Shown here: positions 1-8,537 of the stretch, in pieces | How positions within the stretch are numbered: position 1 is the stretch's first letter | Layout: each line of letters opens with the position of its first letter | Source of the DNA: Candidatus Gastranaerophilaceae bacterium | GTDB taxonomy: Bacteria; Cyanobacteriota; Vampirovibrionia; Gastranaerophilales; Gastranaerophilaceae | Assembly (NCBI GenBank): GCA_045638605.1 | Contig: JAZUBS010000034.1 | Span: 30,112-94,111, forward strand | Direction: 5' to 3' | DNA length: 64,000 nt | Translations under genes and position numbers: made by a program | Notes under the pieces: model-generated | What the model was told of the DNA's origin: nothing | The model's input: the letters and a program-made list of their open reading frames with translations, nothing else | Databases searched by the model: none

Positions 1-1018
1 TTTTTTCTTTATCCGTATTTTCATCTAAAGCAAATGCTTGTTGGGTCATTGTAGTAGTTTTATCTCCTGTTTTCTTAGACACTACACCATTTTCACCTCT
101 TGTGTAGGTCGTTTCTGTCGCTTCTGTCTTGCCTTGTTTTGGAGTATAAACTGTTCTTGAAAGGAACATATTGTTAGATGGGTTATATGTTGTTTTTCTT
201 TCAAAAGTATCATTATTTTCGACCGTGTCTTCGTAAACCGTTGTTGTTTTGTCCTCTCTATCAGTTTCAGTTATTGTTTTGCCATCTGCGGTTATTTTTA
301 CACTCGTACCGTCTTTGAAGTTAATAGTTGTCACTCCGTCTTCACCCGTTACAGGTGTACCTTCAATACGTTTGTCTGCATAATTATCATTTAATGTTTT
401 TTGAACTGCTTCAGGTAAGTTTTTATCCTTGCCTTTAGCATCTTTACCTATAGAGTGTCCGCTTACAGTTTGACCAAAAGTTGTTTTTCTTTTGTTTTTT
501 ACTGCTTCTGTTTCTGCACCAGCAGATAACTTATCAACATCTATACCTTTTAGCATGACACGCATAGCTTTTTCCGCGTCTCGTTTATTGTTTTCAATCT
601 GTTTTTGACGTTCTTTAAATTGGTTATGTTTGTCCCCGTATAAACCATTCCAATCATAGTCCATTGCATTATTTAATTCGTAAAACGCTTTTTTCTCCGC
701 CTCGGTGTTATCAACCTCTTCATCCTCACGTCCTTTGTATTTATCAGCGGATGCGGTCTTTTTGTTCTCACTTTGTATTGCTTTAATTGCTTTTCTCATT
801 TCGTCTTCAGAAAGCTCCCCATTTCCATCTCCACCTTTGGCCTTAGAATCCCAAATGGAGATACTTCTACTCCCTGAATTAGTTGCAGACATAATAGCCG
901 CATTAAATACAGAGGCTAATTGTGTGCCTTTTAATTCTTGTTTTATTGTAACCCCTGATGTTGGTTTCTGAGAATCTATTTTTCCGGGTTGTACTGCTCC
1001 AGGTACTTGTGTTGACAT
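1..1018 (-). CDS. hypothetical protein, C-terminus cut by the window edge (>=339 aa), with one EF-hand-like loop
   Basis: ATG at 1016-1018 on the minus strand. The frame stays open to position 1 (checked by translation). N-terminus is MSTQVPGAVQPGKIDSQK. The segment GGDGNGELSEDE fits the EF-hand loop pattern xxDGNGxLxxxE. No family recognised. Confidence 0.6.
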   Translation of the reverse strand, partial: MSTQVPGAVQPGKIDSQKPTSGVTIKQELKGTQLASVFNAAIMSATNSGSRSISIWDSKAKGGDGNGELSEDEMRKAIKAIQSENKKTASADKYKGREDEEVDNTEAEKKAFYELNNAMDYDWNGLYGDKHNQFKERQKQIENNKRDAEKAMRVMLKGIDVDKLSAGAETEAVKNKRKTTFGQTVSGHSIGKDAKGKDKNLPEAVQKTLNDNYADKRIEGTPVTGEDGVTTINFKDGTSVKITADGKTITETDREDKTTTVYEDTVENNDTFERKTTYNPSNNMFLSRTVYTPKQGKTEATETTYTRGENGVVSKKTGDKTTTMTQQAFALDENTDKEK

Positions 1019-1193
1019 ATTCTATCCTTTCTTAAATAAATTATATATATCAATAAAGTATTTATGATATAAATAATTGCTTTTTTGATATACAAATATT
1101 AAGATTTGTAAATACAAAATAAATTTACTTTCAAAAGACATTTTCAAAAACCGCACAATTATTGAGTTCTATGCATATATATTTGTTCGGAAC

Positions 1194-1313
1194 GTAGGGT
1201 GACTTTAGTCTACCTTTGCTTTTATATAGTTTCAAAGATATAAATTTTAAGAGAAACTGTAGAGTGCAATTTATTTTTTTATCCTTGTGGTGCGTCAAAA
1301 CGACGCGCCCTAC
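1194..1313. repeat. pair of GTAG-headed palindromic (REP-like) units
   Basis: GTAGGGTGACTTTAGTCTACC at 1194-1214. GGTGCGTCAAAACGACGCGCCCTAC at 1289-1313. Same unit types recur at 28.8, 29.1, 42.1, 43.2, 55.9, 56.2, 61.9 and 63.6 kb. Confidence 0.75.
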
Positions 1314-1469
1314 ATTCCTGAAACAAGTTCAGCATGACGGTTTAGGTGGGGTTTCGTTTAAGATGCCGAAACAAGTTCTATAGTTGTCACTATAAGTGAC
1401 TTACTAATAACAAAACCAACACATTCATTTTCAATTGTAACAAATTCGTAACAAAACACATTCAAACTC

Positions 1470-1496
1470 TAAAGTTTTTAAAAATTATGCCGATAT
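1470..1496 (+). promoter_or_regulatory. sigma-28 (FliA/SigD)-type promoter
   Basis: TAAAGTTT (1470-1477), 11 nt, then GCCGATAT (1489-1496). This equals the published TAAA-N15-GCCGATAT (B. subtilis SigD) and TAAAGTTT-N11-GCCGATAA (enteric FliA) consensus. It lies about 90 nt upstream of the 1588 CDS. Confidence 0.7.
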
Positions 1497-1587
1497 ATAT
1501 ATTACAAGGAGCAAACCAAGTAAAATCGGTTAAACAATTCTAAGTAAGTAAAGTAAGTAAAAGTTAAGTCTGAAAAGGGGAACGACA

Positions 1588-2121
1588 ATGAACTTCGGTA
1601 TCAACAACGGGATATCCGCAATAGATTCTGCTGCAATCAAAGAAGTTGCGGGACAAATATTCTCAAATGCAACCAAAAAAGACGTGCAAGCGTTCAAGGT
1701 TGACTACTCAAAGTTCAACCGTGCATCACTTGGTGCGGACTTGTACGGTTCAAATTTGAACATAAATCAAGTTCAACAAATCTCTGTTAGAAATGCTGGA
1801 TTCGATTTAAACTTTCAACAAAATCAAGCAATTGTTGCAAGTGTTCAATATTTGAACAAAGTAAACGCCTACAACGCTTACGGTGTGCCATTAAATATGG
1901 ATGGCAAAATTAATCTTCCCCAAGAAGAATTACGTCAAAATTTGAACACACAAAATTTTTTCCAAACTCAATCAGCTACTTTGGTAGATGAAACACCAAC
2001 TCTGTTTGAAGGCGGAGAAAACCAAGGTTCAAATCCATTCAAATTCATTACTCTAAACTCAGTGGACTCTAATGAGAATGAACAAGACTCCCAAAACGCT
2101 AGCATATTTAAGCTAGCATAA
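1588..2121 (+). CDS. hypothetical protein, N/Q-rich, 177 aa, likely late flagellar-regulon member
   Basis: ORF with GGGG RBS (aaaaggggaacgacaATG), preceded by the sigma-28-type promoter and followed by an intrinsic terminator. No flagellin or FlgM motifs recognised. Confidence 0.7.
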   Translation: MNFGINNGISAIDSAAIKEVAGQIFSNATKKDVQAFKVDYSKFNRASLGADLYGSNLNINQVQQISVRNAGFDLNFQQNQAIVASVQYLNKVNAYNAYGVPLNMDGKINLPQEELRQNLNTQNFFQTQSATLVDETPTLFEGGENQGSNPFKFITLNSVDSNENEQDSQNASIFKLA

Positions 2122-2148
2122 CGTTCCACTTTTTACTTACTTGTTTAC

Positions 2149-2177
2149 AAGACAACCTTCCAGTTGTCTTTTTTTTT
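2149..2177 (+). terminator. intrinsic terminator
   Basis: Perfect 8-bp stem AAGACAAC/GTTGTCTT, 6-nt loop, followed by a run of T. Confidence 0.8.
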
Positions 2178-2191
2178 ATGTAAATAAACAA

Positions 2192-3205
2192 TTATTTAAT
2201 ATTTTTATCCACGATTGGAGCAATAGCTTGAAGTTTTTGATAAAGCTCATTAAATTGTTCTGGATAAAGCGATTGAGCGCCATCACACAACGCACATTCT
2301 GGACAATCATGAACTTCTATCATCAAACCATCTGTACCGGCTGCAACTGCCGCTTTTGACATCGGTGCAACTTTATCTCTCAAACCTGTACCATGACTTG
2401 GGTCAATAATAATTGGCAAATGGCTTAATTTTTTAACAACAGGTATCGCGCACAAATCTAAAGTATTTCTAGTTGCTCGCTCAAATGTTCTAATCCCTCT
2501 TTCGCAAAGAATTACATCTCTATTTCCACCAGACATAATATATTCAGCAGACATAAGCCATTCTTCGATTGTTGCAGATAAACCTCTTTTTACCATAACA
2601 GGTTTATTTACATGCCCCAATTCTTTCAACAAATTAAAGTTTTGCATATTTCTTGCACCAACTTGCAAAATATCCACATACTTTTCAAAAAGCGGGATTT
2701 GAGAAATCTCCATAACTTCTGAAGTAACAGCCATTCCATATTTATCCGCAACTCGACGAATTATTTGCAACCCTTCTTCTCCCAATCCTTGAAACGCATA
2801 AGGAGACGTACGAGGTTTAAAAGCGCCGCCTCTAAGTATTTTTACACCATATGATGAAAGTTTTTTAGCAACAGCTTCCATCTGTTCTTCTGACTCAATA
2901 GTACAAGGTCCGGCAATTATTCCGGCATGTTCTCCTCCGAATTTCACACCATTAACTTCAATTACCGTATCATTTTGCTGAAACATTCTACTACAAAGCT
3001 TATAACTAGAAGAAATTTTAATGACTTCTTTTACGCCATCTAACAATTCAACATCTCTTGGATCAATAACTTTACCACCAACAGCTCCGATTACTGTATG
3101 TAATTCTCCGTGCGAAATATGCGCATCAAAACCTTTACTTTTAATTAATGTTTCAACTGCTTTAATTTGCGCTTCACTAGCGCCGTGTCTCATTACTATT
3201 AACAT
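2192..3205 (-). CDS. 3-deoxy-7-phosphoheptulonate (DAHP) synthase, type I-beta with N-terminal ferredoxin-like regulatory domain
   Basis: 337 aa. N-terminal MLIVMRHGASEAQIKAV...HTVIGAVGG resembles the Thermotoga-type regulatory domain. The KDO8P/DAHP-synthase-like core includes GPCTIESEEQ, KPRTSPYAFQGLG and IIDPSHGTG. Confidence 0.9.
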   Translation of the reverse strand: MLIVMRHGASEAQIKAVETLIKSKGFDAHISHGELHTVIGAVGGKVIDPRDVELLDGVKEVIKISSSYKLCSRMFQQNDTVIEVNGVKFGGEHAGIIAGPCTIESEEQMEAVAKKLSSYGVKILRGGAFKPRTSPYAFQGLGEEGLQIIRRVADKYGMAVTSEVMEISQIPLFEKYVDILQVGARNMQNFNLLKELGHVNKPVMVKRGLSATIEEWLMSAEYIMSGGNRDVILCERGIRTFERATRNTLDLCAIPVVKKLSHLPIIIDPSHGTGLRDKVAPMSKAAVAAGTDGLMIEVHDCPECALCDGAQSLYPEQFNELYQKLQAIAPIVDKNIK

Positions 3206-3253
3206 AATCTAATTCCTTTTAATATTCTTAATATTTTAATTGTAAAACAAAAA

Positions 3254-3814
3254 TTAAAAACTTGTAAGTCTAAAATACATAGTATATTTGTTATTACCAA
3301 AATAATACACTATTTCCATAAAATTATTATCGAGTTGTTGAGCCTGAATAAAAGAGGTCGGTGGGTCTATTTTTTTCGTATTTTCAAATAAATTATCAAA
3401 AAAATGTGCTATTTTTTTCTTTGTTTTTTGTGTTTTATTTAATTTCTTTTGAGGAATTTTTCCCTTATAAGTATCTTCTAACACAATTTCTGTATCAACT
3501 ACCGGAATAATATACTTAACTTTTCCGCTAGCTTTGAAAAATATATAATCCTTATCTTTTATATTTCTTGCTGCTAACAAATAATACCCAGGGGGGATTG
3601 TTATATCTTTAAAATACAATGTTGTTGATGTTCTAAACAATGGATAAGGAGACCAAGCATAATTGAAATAATCCTCATCCTGATATGGATCTAAATCATG
3701 CATTAACTTAATTTGCGGCATTTGAGCCTCATTATATAATCGCTCATAATCTTTAGCCGCAAAACAAGGGTTTGCACAAACAAATATTAAAAATAAAATC
3801 ATTAACTTCTTCAT
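3254..3814 (-). CDS. secreted hypothetical protein
   Basis: N-terminal signal peptide MKKLMILFLIFVCANPCFA. No family recognised. Confidence 0.6.
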   Translation of the reverse strand: MKKLMILFLIFVCANPCFAAKDYERLYNEAQMPQIKLMHDLDPYQDEDYFNYAWSPYPLFRTSTTLYFKDITIPPGYYLLAARNIKDKDYIFFKASGKVKYIIPVVDTEIVLEDTYKGKIPQKKLNKTQKTKKKIAHFFDNLFENTKKIDPPTSFIQAQQLDNNFMEIVYYFGNNKYTMYFRLTSF

Positions 3815-3887
3815 ACTTATATAATAATAAAACTTTAAAAAATATCAAAATGTTGCAATTTGTTTAAAAAGTATTATTATTTAATGT

Positions 3888-4466
3888 ATGAAAAGATTTA
3901 TTGCAATAATATTATCAATTTTATTTACAACTCAATTTGCTTATTCATACGAAGATGAATTGAGGGCACCAATGCCTATTTTATTACAAAAAGGCGCTTT
4001 TATTAAAATAGTTAATATCAGAACAATATCAACTGCTATTGCAGATGAAGGCGATGAAGTAAGCTTTATTGTTCCAACTGATATTTGGTGCGCCGATGCC
4101 TTAATATTTCCTAAAAAAACAATATTTTATGGTTTTGTCGAAAAAATATATGAACCAGTACAAGGAACAAATGCAGCAATAAAACTAAAAGTAAACAAAG
4201 CAGTACTACCAGATGGAAGAGAATATGAATTAATCGGTTTTGTTACAAAAAATGGGGATGAAAAATTAGGCGGAGAGCTTACAGCACCTATGGAATACAC
4301 AAAAATTCCTCATTATATAGAATTCAGAACGGAACTCTCAAAAGGTGTTTTGCAATATGTTCCTGGGAAAAAAAGATTTTTTGGCAATCATTTGGTAATA
4401 AAACCAGGGCTTGAATTAGTTTTAGTTCTAAGCGAAGATTATAATGCTACAGTAATCAATTTTTAG
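3888..4466 (+). CDS. secreted hypothetical beta-rich protein (distant paralog of 4525..5241)
   Basis: Signal peptide MKRFIAIILSILFTTQFAYS. Shares a pattern with the next ORF: a short segment with a GD/acidic turn, then xPxxxxIxGxV, then a G-containing loop. Confidence 0.6.
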   Translation: MKRFIAIILSILFTTQFAYSYEDELRAPMPILLQKGAFIKIVNIRTISTAIADEGDEVSFIVPTDIWCADALIFPKKTIFYGFVEKIYEPVQGTNAAIKLKVNKAVLPDGREYELIGFVTKNGDEKLGGELTAPMEYTKIPHYIEFRTELSKGVLQYVPGKKRFFGNHLVIKPGLELVLVLSEDYNATVINF

Positions 4467-4524
4467 CAAAAAAATATAAATTGAAGTATAATATAAATTA
4501 AAGTAATTTGGAGGAGCATGATAT

Positions 4525-5241
4525 ATGAAAAAACAAATTGTTAACGCAATAGTATGTGTAGTAATTTCTACCGCCGCGTACGCAAATCAATATCCACAAA
4601 CGTACAATCAACCATATTATAATGCAAATCCGTACTCTAACGCTCAAGCGACCCTAAAAGGTTCGGTATTTATTGTTCCTGCTGGCTCCCAGTTTCCTGC
4701 AACGACAACAATGGAATTAAATTCCGGTAATTTACTACTAGGTCAAGCCGTAAATCTTTCATTGGGACAAGATTTTTATTATGATAACAAATTAGTTGCT
4801 CCTGCTGGAAGTATCATAAACGGCTCAGTTGTTCATCTTAAAAAAGCATCTTTTGCCGGCAGAAATGGACAATTACAAGTTAGATTTACAAGCATAACAA
4901 CTCCATTTGGTCAAATGATACCAATCTCAGGACAAATCAAAACAACAGATGCCACCGGCATACTAAAAGGTGGCACCGCAATGGATACAACTAAAGATTA
5001 CGCAAAAGATTTAACAATTGGCGCCGCAGGAGGCGCGTTAAGCGGACTAGTAATGGGTGCTGTTTCTGACGGTTCTGTTGGAAAAGGTGCTGCTATAGGA
5101 ACAGCAATCGGCGCTGGACTAGGACTAGGGAAATCAGTTATTGATAAAGGTCACAATGTTATAATCCCTGCAAATAGCTCAATTGCAATAGAAATTACTC
5201 AACCAATAACAGTAAACTCTGCCCAAACATATCAGTATTAA
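4525..5241 (+). CDS. secreted hypothetical protein with C-terminal glycine-zipper segment
   Basis: GGAGG RBS. Signal peptide MKKQIVNAIVCVVISTAAYA. Glycine-zipper-like GAAGGALSGLVMGAVSDGSVGKGAAIGTAIGAGLGLG. Confidence 0.65.
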   Translation: MKKQIVNAIVCVVISTAAYANQYPQTYNQPYYNANPYSNAQATLKGSVFIVPAGSQFPATTTMELNSGNLLLGQAVNLSLGQDFYYDNKLVAPAGSIINGSVVHLKKASFAGRNGQLQVRFTSITTPFGQMIPISGQIKTTDATGILKGGTAMDTTKDYAKDLTIGAAGGALSGLVMGAVSDGSVGKGAAIGTAIGAGLGLGKSVIDKGHNVIIPANSSIAIEITQPITVNSAQTYQY

Positions 5242-5319
5242 TCCATTTGGGGGTTATGAATAATTAATTTTTTAATTATTCTTTTAACAAACATAAATTT
5301 AAGAAACAAGAATTTAAAA

Positions 5320-6507
5320 ATGACAATTTTAGGAAAAATATCACAAACAACAGAAGATAACGAAAATCAACAAAAAGGTTTTGTTGTTCCTCGTTTATAT
5401 CAAAAAAAAGAAGAAGGCGTATCGTTTAAAAACTCACTGTTTTTATCATTTCTTCTTCATCCTGCATCTGTCGCTGCTGGATGGTTAATTATATTCATTT
5501 TAGCCTTGTTAGGAATTCATTTTGATGTTTTATCAAAACCTCAAACTCCTCAACGAGATATCGAATTTGTATTGGTTAATAACCCAGAAGCAGAACCTAT
5601 CAACAAAAACACAAAGAACAGAGCAGATAGAAATACTCAAGCCGGAGGGAAACACGACCCTAAAAAACCGCAAATCGAACCCTCTCCAGCTCCAGGGGCA
5701 CCTAGTGTACCTTCAGTGCAGCAACAAAAACCTGTGCAACAACCAAAACAAAAAGTTCAAACACCTAAACCTCAACCGAAGCCACAGCAACAACCTGTAG
5801 CCAAAACGGTTGAAAAACAAGTTTCAAAACCTGCTGAGCAACCAGCACCTAAAAATGTAACACCTAAACCAGTTCCGCCGGCACCAATACCGGCACCAAC
5901 GGTTAGTACCCCAAAAGTTGTTGACGTACCTAAAAGTGCAATGCAAATTCCTGTACCAAAAACAACCGCACCAAAACTAGCAGGCTCTTATGGAGGACCT
6001 GTTACTGGCACAAAATCAGGAATTGGCTCAACATCAACTGGCTCATCTAGTAGCGTAAATACAAGACCAGCTCCAACATTTACCCCATCATCAACTAGTT
6101 CAACATCAGGTTCTGCTGGTAGATTTTCAAGCGGGCAATATGGTAATGGACAAGCTGGAAATCCAAGCCCAGGAAACCCAAACGGTAGACCAGGAATAGA
6201 TGCAATAAAAGAACCAGACTTTGGTCCATATATGAGAGAATTACAACGTCGTATCAAAATGAATTGGGATCCTCCAAAAGGAAACGAATCAAAACGAGTT
6301 GTATTAATGTTCAAAATCGCTAGAGATGGACGATTATTATCTTGCAGAGTTAGTCGCTCATCAGGTGTTCAAGCAGCCGACAGAGCAGCAATTTCTGCAG
6401 TAGAGCTAACTGCTCCATTCAAACCACTGCCCCCTGAATTTAAAGGACAAAGTGTGGATATTCAATTTACGTTTGATTACAACGTATTTGGAGCGTCAAG
6501 ATATTAA
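5320..6507 (+). CDS. TonB/TolA-like energy-transducer protein
   Basis: One N-terminal TM helix and a long P/Q/K-rich spacer. The C-terminal domain YMRELQRRIKMNWDPP...RLLSCRVSRSSG...AAISAVE is typical of TonB_C/TolA_C. Sits upstream of exbB-exbD-exbD. Confidence 0.75.
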   Translation: MTILGKISQTTEDNENQQKGFVVPRLYQKKEEGVSFKNSLFLSFLLHPASVAAGWLIIFILALLGIHFDVLSKPQTPQRDIEFVLVNNPEAEPINKNTKNRADRNTQAGGKHDPKKPQIEPSPAPGAPSVPSVQQQKPVQQPKQKVQTPKPQPKPQQQPVAKTVEKQVSKPAEQPAPKNVTPKPVPPAPIPAPTVSTPKVVDVPKSAMQIPVPKTTAPKLAGSYGGPVTGTKSGIGSTSTGSSSSVNTRPAPTFTPSSTSSTSGSAGRFSSGQYGNGQAGNPSPGNPNGRPGIDAIKEPDFGPYMRELQRRIKMNWDPPKGNESKRVVLMFKIARDGRLLSCRVSRSSGVQAADRAAISAVELTAPFKPLPPEFKGQSVDIQFTFDYNVFGASRY

Positions 6508-6534
6508 AAAATGAGATAAATGAGGATATAAATT

Positions 6535-7170
6535 ATGGAATTATTATTACATTCAATTAAACTAGACTGGCCAGTATTATTGCCAATTTTCGTCTGTTCA
6601 ATATTGGTAGTTGCAGTTGCAATCAAAAAGATTTCTTTCTATCAAAAAAACAAACGAGATATTCAACCATTTATTAAATCAATGCATGCTGCTTTATCTG
6701 CAGGCAACATTGAAAAAGCACAAATGCTAAGTGAAAATTTAGGCGGAGTTTGTGGCGGAGTTGCTGATGAAGCATTAAGAATTTTCGTTGATCAAAAATC
6801 TGGTTTTTCTCGTTCTTTTGATATTTCCGCTAATTTTGCATCTCGTGAGCTTGAAAAATATTTAACAATACTTGGTACAATTGGTGGGGTTGCTCCATTT
6901 CTAGGGTTGTTTGGTACGGTTGTCAGAATTCTATACACATTCCAAGACCTAGCAACACAAGGTAACCAATCTGCAGCAGTTGCAATGGGTATTGGTTCTG
7001 CTTTGATAGCAACCGCATTTGGTTTGGGCGTTGCAATTGTAGCTGTTGTTTTCTACAACTATTTTCAATCTGTTGTAAAAAGATTTGAAGATGACTTCCA
7101 ACTTATCAAACTATTATTCTTAAGTTTTACGGATAGTAAAAATGAAACTTCTATTCAATCAAACGTATAG
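6535..7170 (+). CDS. exbB: MotA/TolQ/ExbB-family proton channel
   Basis: Three TM segments. Conserved LGTIGGVAPFLGLFGTV and GIGSALIATAFGLGVAI segments. Confidence 0.85.
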   Translation: MELLLHSIKLDWPVLLPIFVCSILVVAVAIKKISFYQKNKRDIQPFIKSMHAALSAGNIEKAQMLSENLGGVCGGVADEALRIFVDQKSGFSRSFDISANFASRELEKYLTILGTIGGVAPFLGLFGTVVRILYTFQDLATQGNQSAAVAMGIGSALIATAFGLGVAIVAVVFYNYFQSVVKRFEDDFQLIKLLFLSFTDSKNETSIQSNV

Positions 7171-7193
7171 TCTCAAATTTTGTAGGATAAATT

Positions 7194-7718
7194 ATGGCAT
7201 TTAGTTCAAATAAAAAAGGAAAATTATTTACAGAAATAAATATCACACCGTTAACTGATATTTTCTTGGTCTTACTAATCATTATGATGGTTATAGCCCC
7301 TAGTTTTCAGTCAATGGACAACAATATTTCTGTTCCCGAAATAAATAGTGGGATTTCTGTAGAACAGAAAAATGCTACGATTTCTATCACAAAAGAAGGT
7401 TCTTACTATATAAACGGCAAATCAATTCAACCAGAAACCCTTGTCGCAGAGCTTGAACAACTTAAACCTACTTTAGAAAAAAAAGAAGTTGTAGTTAAAG
7501 CTGATAAAGATACAAAAAGTCGTGAAATAATGAATGTAATGAATTCCGCACAAAACGCGGGTTATGAAAAATTAATTGTTGCCGGTGAACCACTTACAAA
7601 AAAAGAACAAAGAAAACTAAAAGAAAACTCGCAAATGTCTAACTACACAAGTGCTGTTCCAGAAATTGAACCACAAGAACAACAAAGACCACGAGTAAAT
7701 ATTCCACAAGAGGGCTAA
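7194..7718 (+). CDS. exbD: ExbD/TolR-family protein (long C-terminal tail)
   Basis: EINITPLTDIFLVLLIIMMVIAP TM signature followed by an ExbD periplasmic domain. Confidence 0.85.
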   Translation: MAFSSNKKGKLFTEINITPLTDIFLVLLIIMMVIAPSFQSMDNNISVPEINSGISVEQKNATISITKEGSYYINGKSIQPETLVAELEQLKPTLEKKEVVVKADKDTKSREIMNVMNSAQNAGYEKLIVAGEPLTKKEQRKLKENSQMSNYTSAVPEIEPQEQQRPRVNIPQEG

Positions 7719-7721
7719 AAA

Positions 7722-8111
7722 ATGTCATCAAAAAGACGAGATTGTTTTAATGAAATAAATATTACACCACTAACCGATATTTTCTTAGTGTTACTAATCA
7801 TTATGATGGTTATAGCACCTCTTTTAGACGAACAAGGGCTCAATCTTACAGTACCTGAAAATGTCGCAGAAGAAAAAGTTAAAGAGTCAAAGATTTTAAC
7901 TGTTTTGGTGGATGAACAAGGTCAATATTTTATAAACGAAGAACCAATTTTAGCTAAAGACCTAAGTTCAATTATTAAATCAAGCCTAACTCAATATCCA
8001 GATGGTTTAATGATTCAATCTGATGGAGAAGCAACTCACGGAGCTATAGTCAAGCTGATGGACGAAGCAAGAAATGCTGGCGTGAAAAATATTTCAGTTT
8101 CACAAATTTAA
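7722..8111 (+). CDS. exbD: ExbD/TolR-family protein
   Basis: Same 23-aa EINITPLTDIFLVLLIIMMVIAP segment as the preceding gene, then an ExbD domain. Confidence 0.85.
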   Translation: MSSKRRDCFNEINITPLTDIFLVLLIIMMVIAPLLDEQGLNLTVPENVAEEKVKESKILTVLVDEQGQYFINEEPILAKDLSSIIKSSLTQYPDGLMIQSDGEATHGAIVKLMDEARNAGVKNISVSQI

Positions 8112-8189
8112 ATTGTGTTAGTCTTTTAATGCACCTTAAGTTACTAATTGCCAAGCAATGTCTGAGCTACAACCTAACGCCCTAGGATT

Positions 8190-8519
8190 TTATTTATGCC
8201 AAGTTTTTATGTATTCACTCATTGATTCACGAGTTAAGGTCTTTGAACTAATAGGACACCAAGGCGCAAGCGCGTTTTTAATAAATCCTTTAAGCCCTCT
8301 TCCTATAGATTTTATTTTAAATGATAATACTCCATTAGAATTTGCGTTAATCAATAAATTGTAATTGGCTTTCTTTTTAAATTCAGCAACAACTTCCGAT
8401 GAAAGGAGTTTACATGTTTGCGTTAGACCAACTTTTAAAAAATTTTGTTCATTATGAAAAACAACACCTCTAAAAGACATTGAATTATTATTTGTATTAT
8501 TAACTGCGGCTAATTTCAT
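8190..8519 (-). CDS. hypothetical protein, tandem paralog of 8538..9014
   Basis: Shares SF[RG][GR]VxFHN...KIKSxGRGLxGFIxNxxAPW...YIxxWH with the upstream ORF. Confidence 0.6.
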   Translation of the reverse strand: MKLAAVNNTNNNSMSFRGVVFHNEQNFLKVGLTQTCKLLSSEVVAEFKKKANYNLLINANSNGVLSFKIKSIGRGLKGFIKNALAPWCPISSKTLTRESMSEYIKTWHK

Positions 8520-8537
8520 TTTTTATTCCCTTATAAA

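Noticed and set aside
705-971. 88-aa plus-strand ORF
   Set aside because: It is embedded in the longer open minus-strand frame that starts at 1018. It has low-complexity S/L/F composition.
2141-2359. 72-aa plus-strand ORF overlapping the 3' end of the DAHP synthase gene
   Set aside because: It starts inside the terminator hairpin of the upstream gene and runs antisense to a well-supported CDS. The other short antisense ORFs in the track were rejected for the same reason (for example 3021..3212, 5522..5800, 5988..6314, 9792..10043, 13866..14189, 17553..18229, and the internal ORFs of the flgE/fliK, secY, thrC and hom regions).
5640-6200. Repetitive P/Q/K/S-rich coding DNA in the TonB-like gene
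   Set aside because: This is the low-complexity proline-rich spacer normal for TonB/TolA proteins, not a mobile or regulatory repeat. The same reasoning applies to the acidic tract at 30650-31250 and the N/D/E/T-rich tract of fliK.
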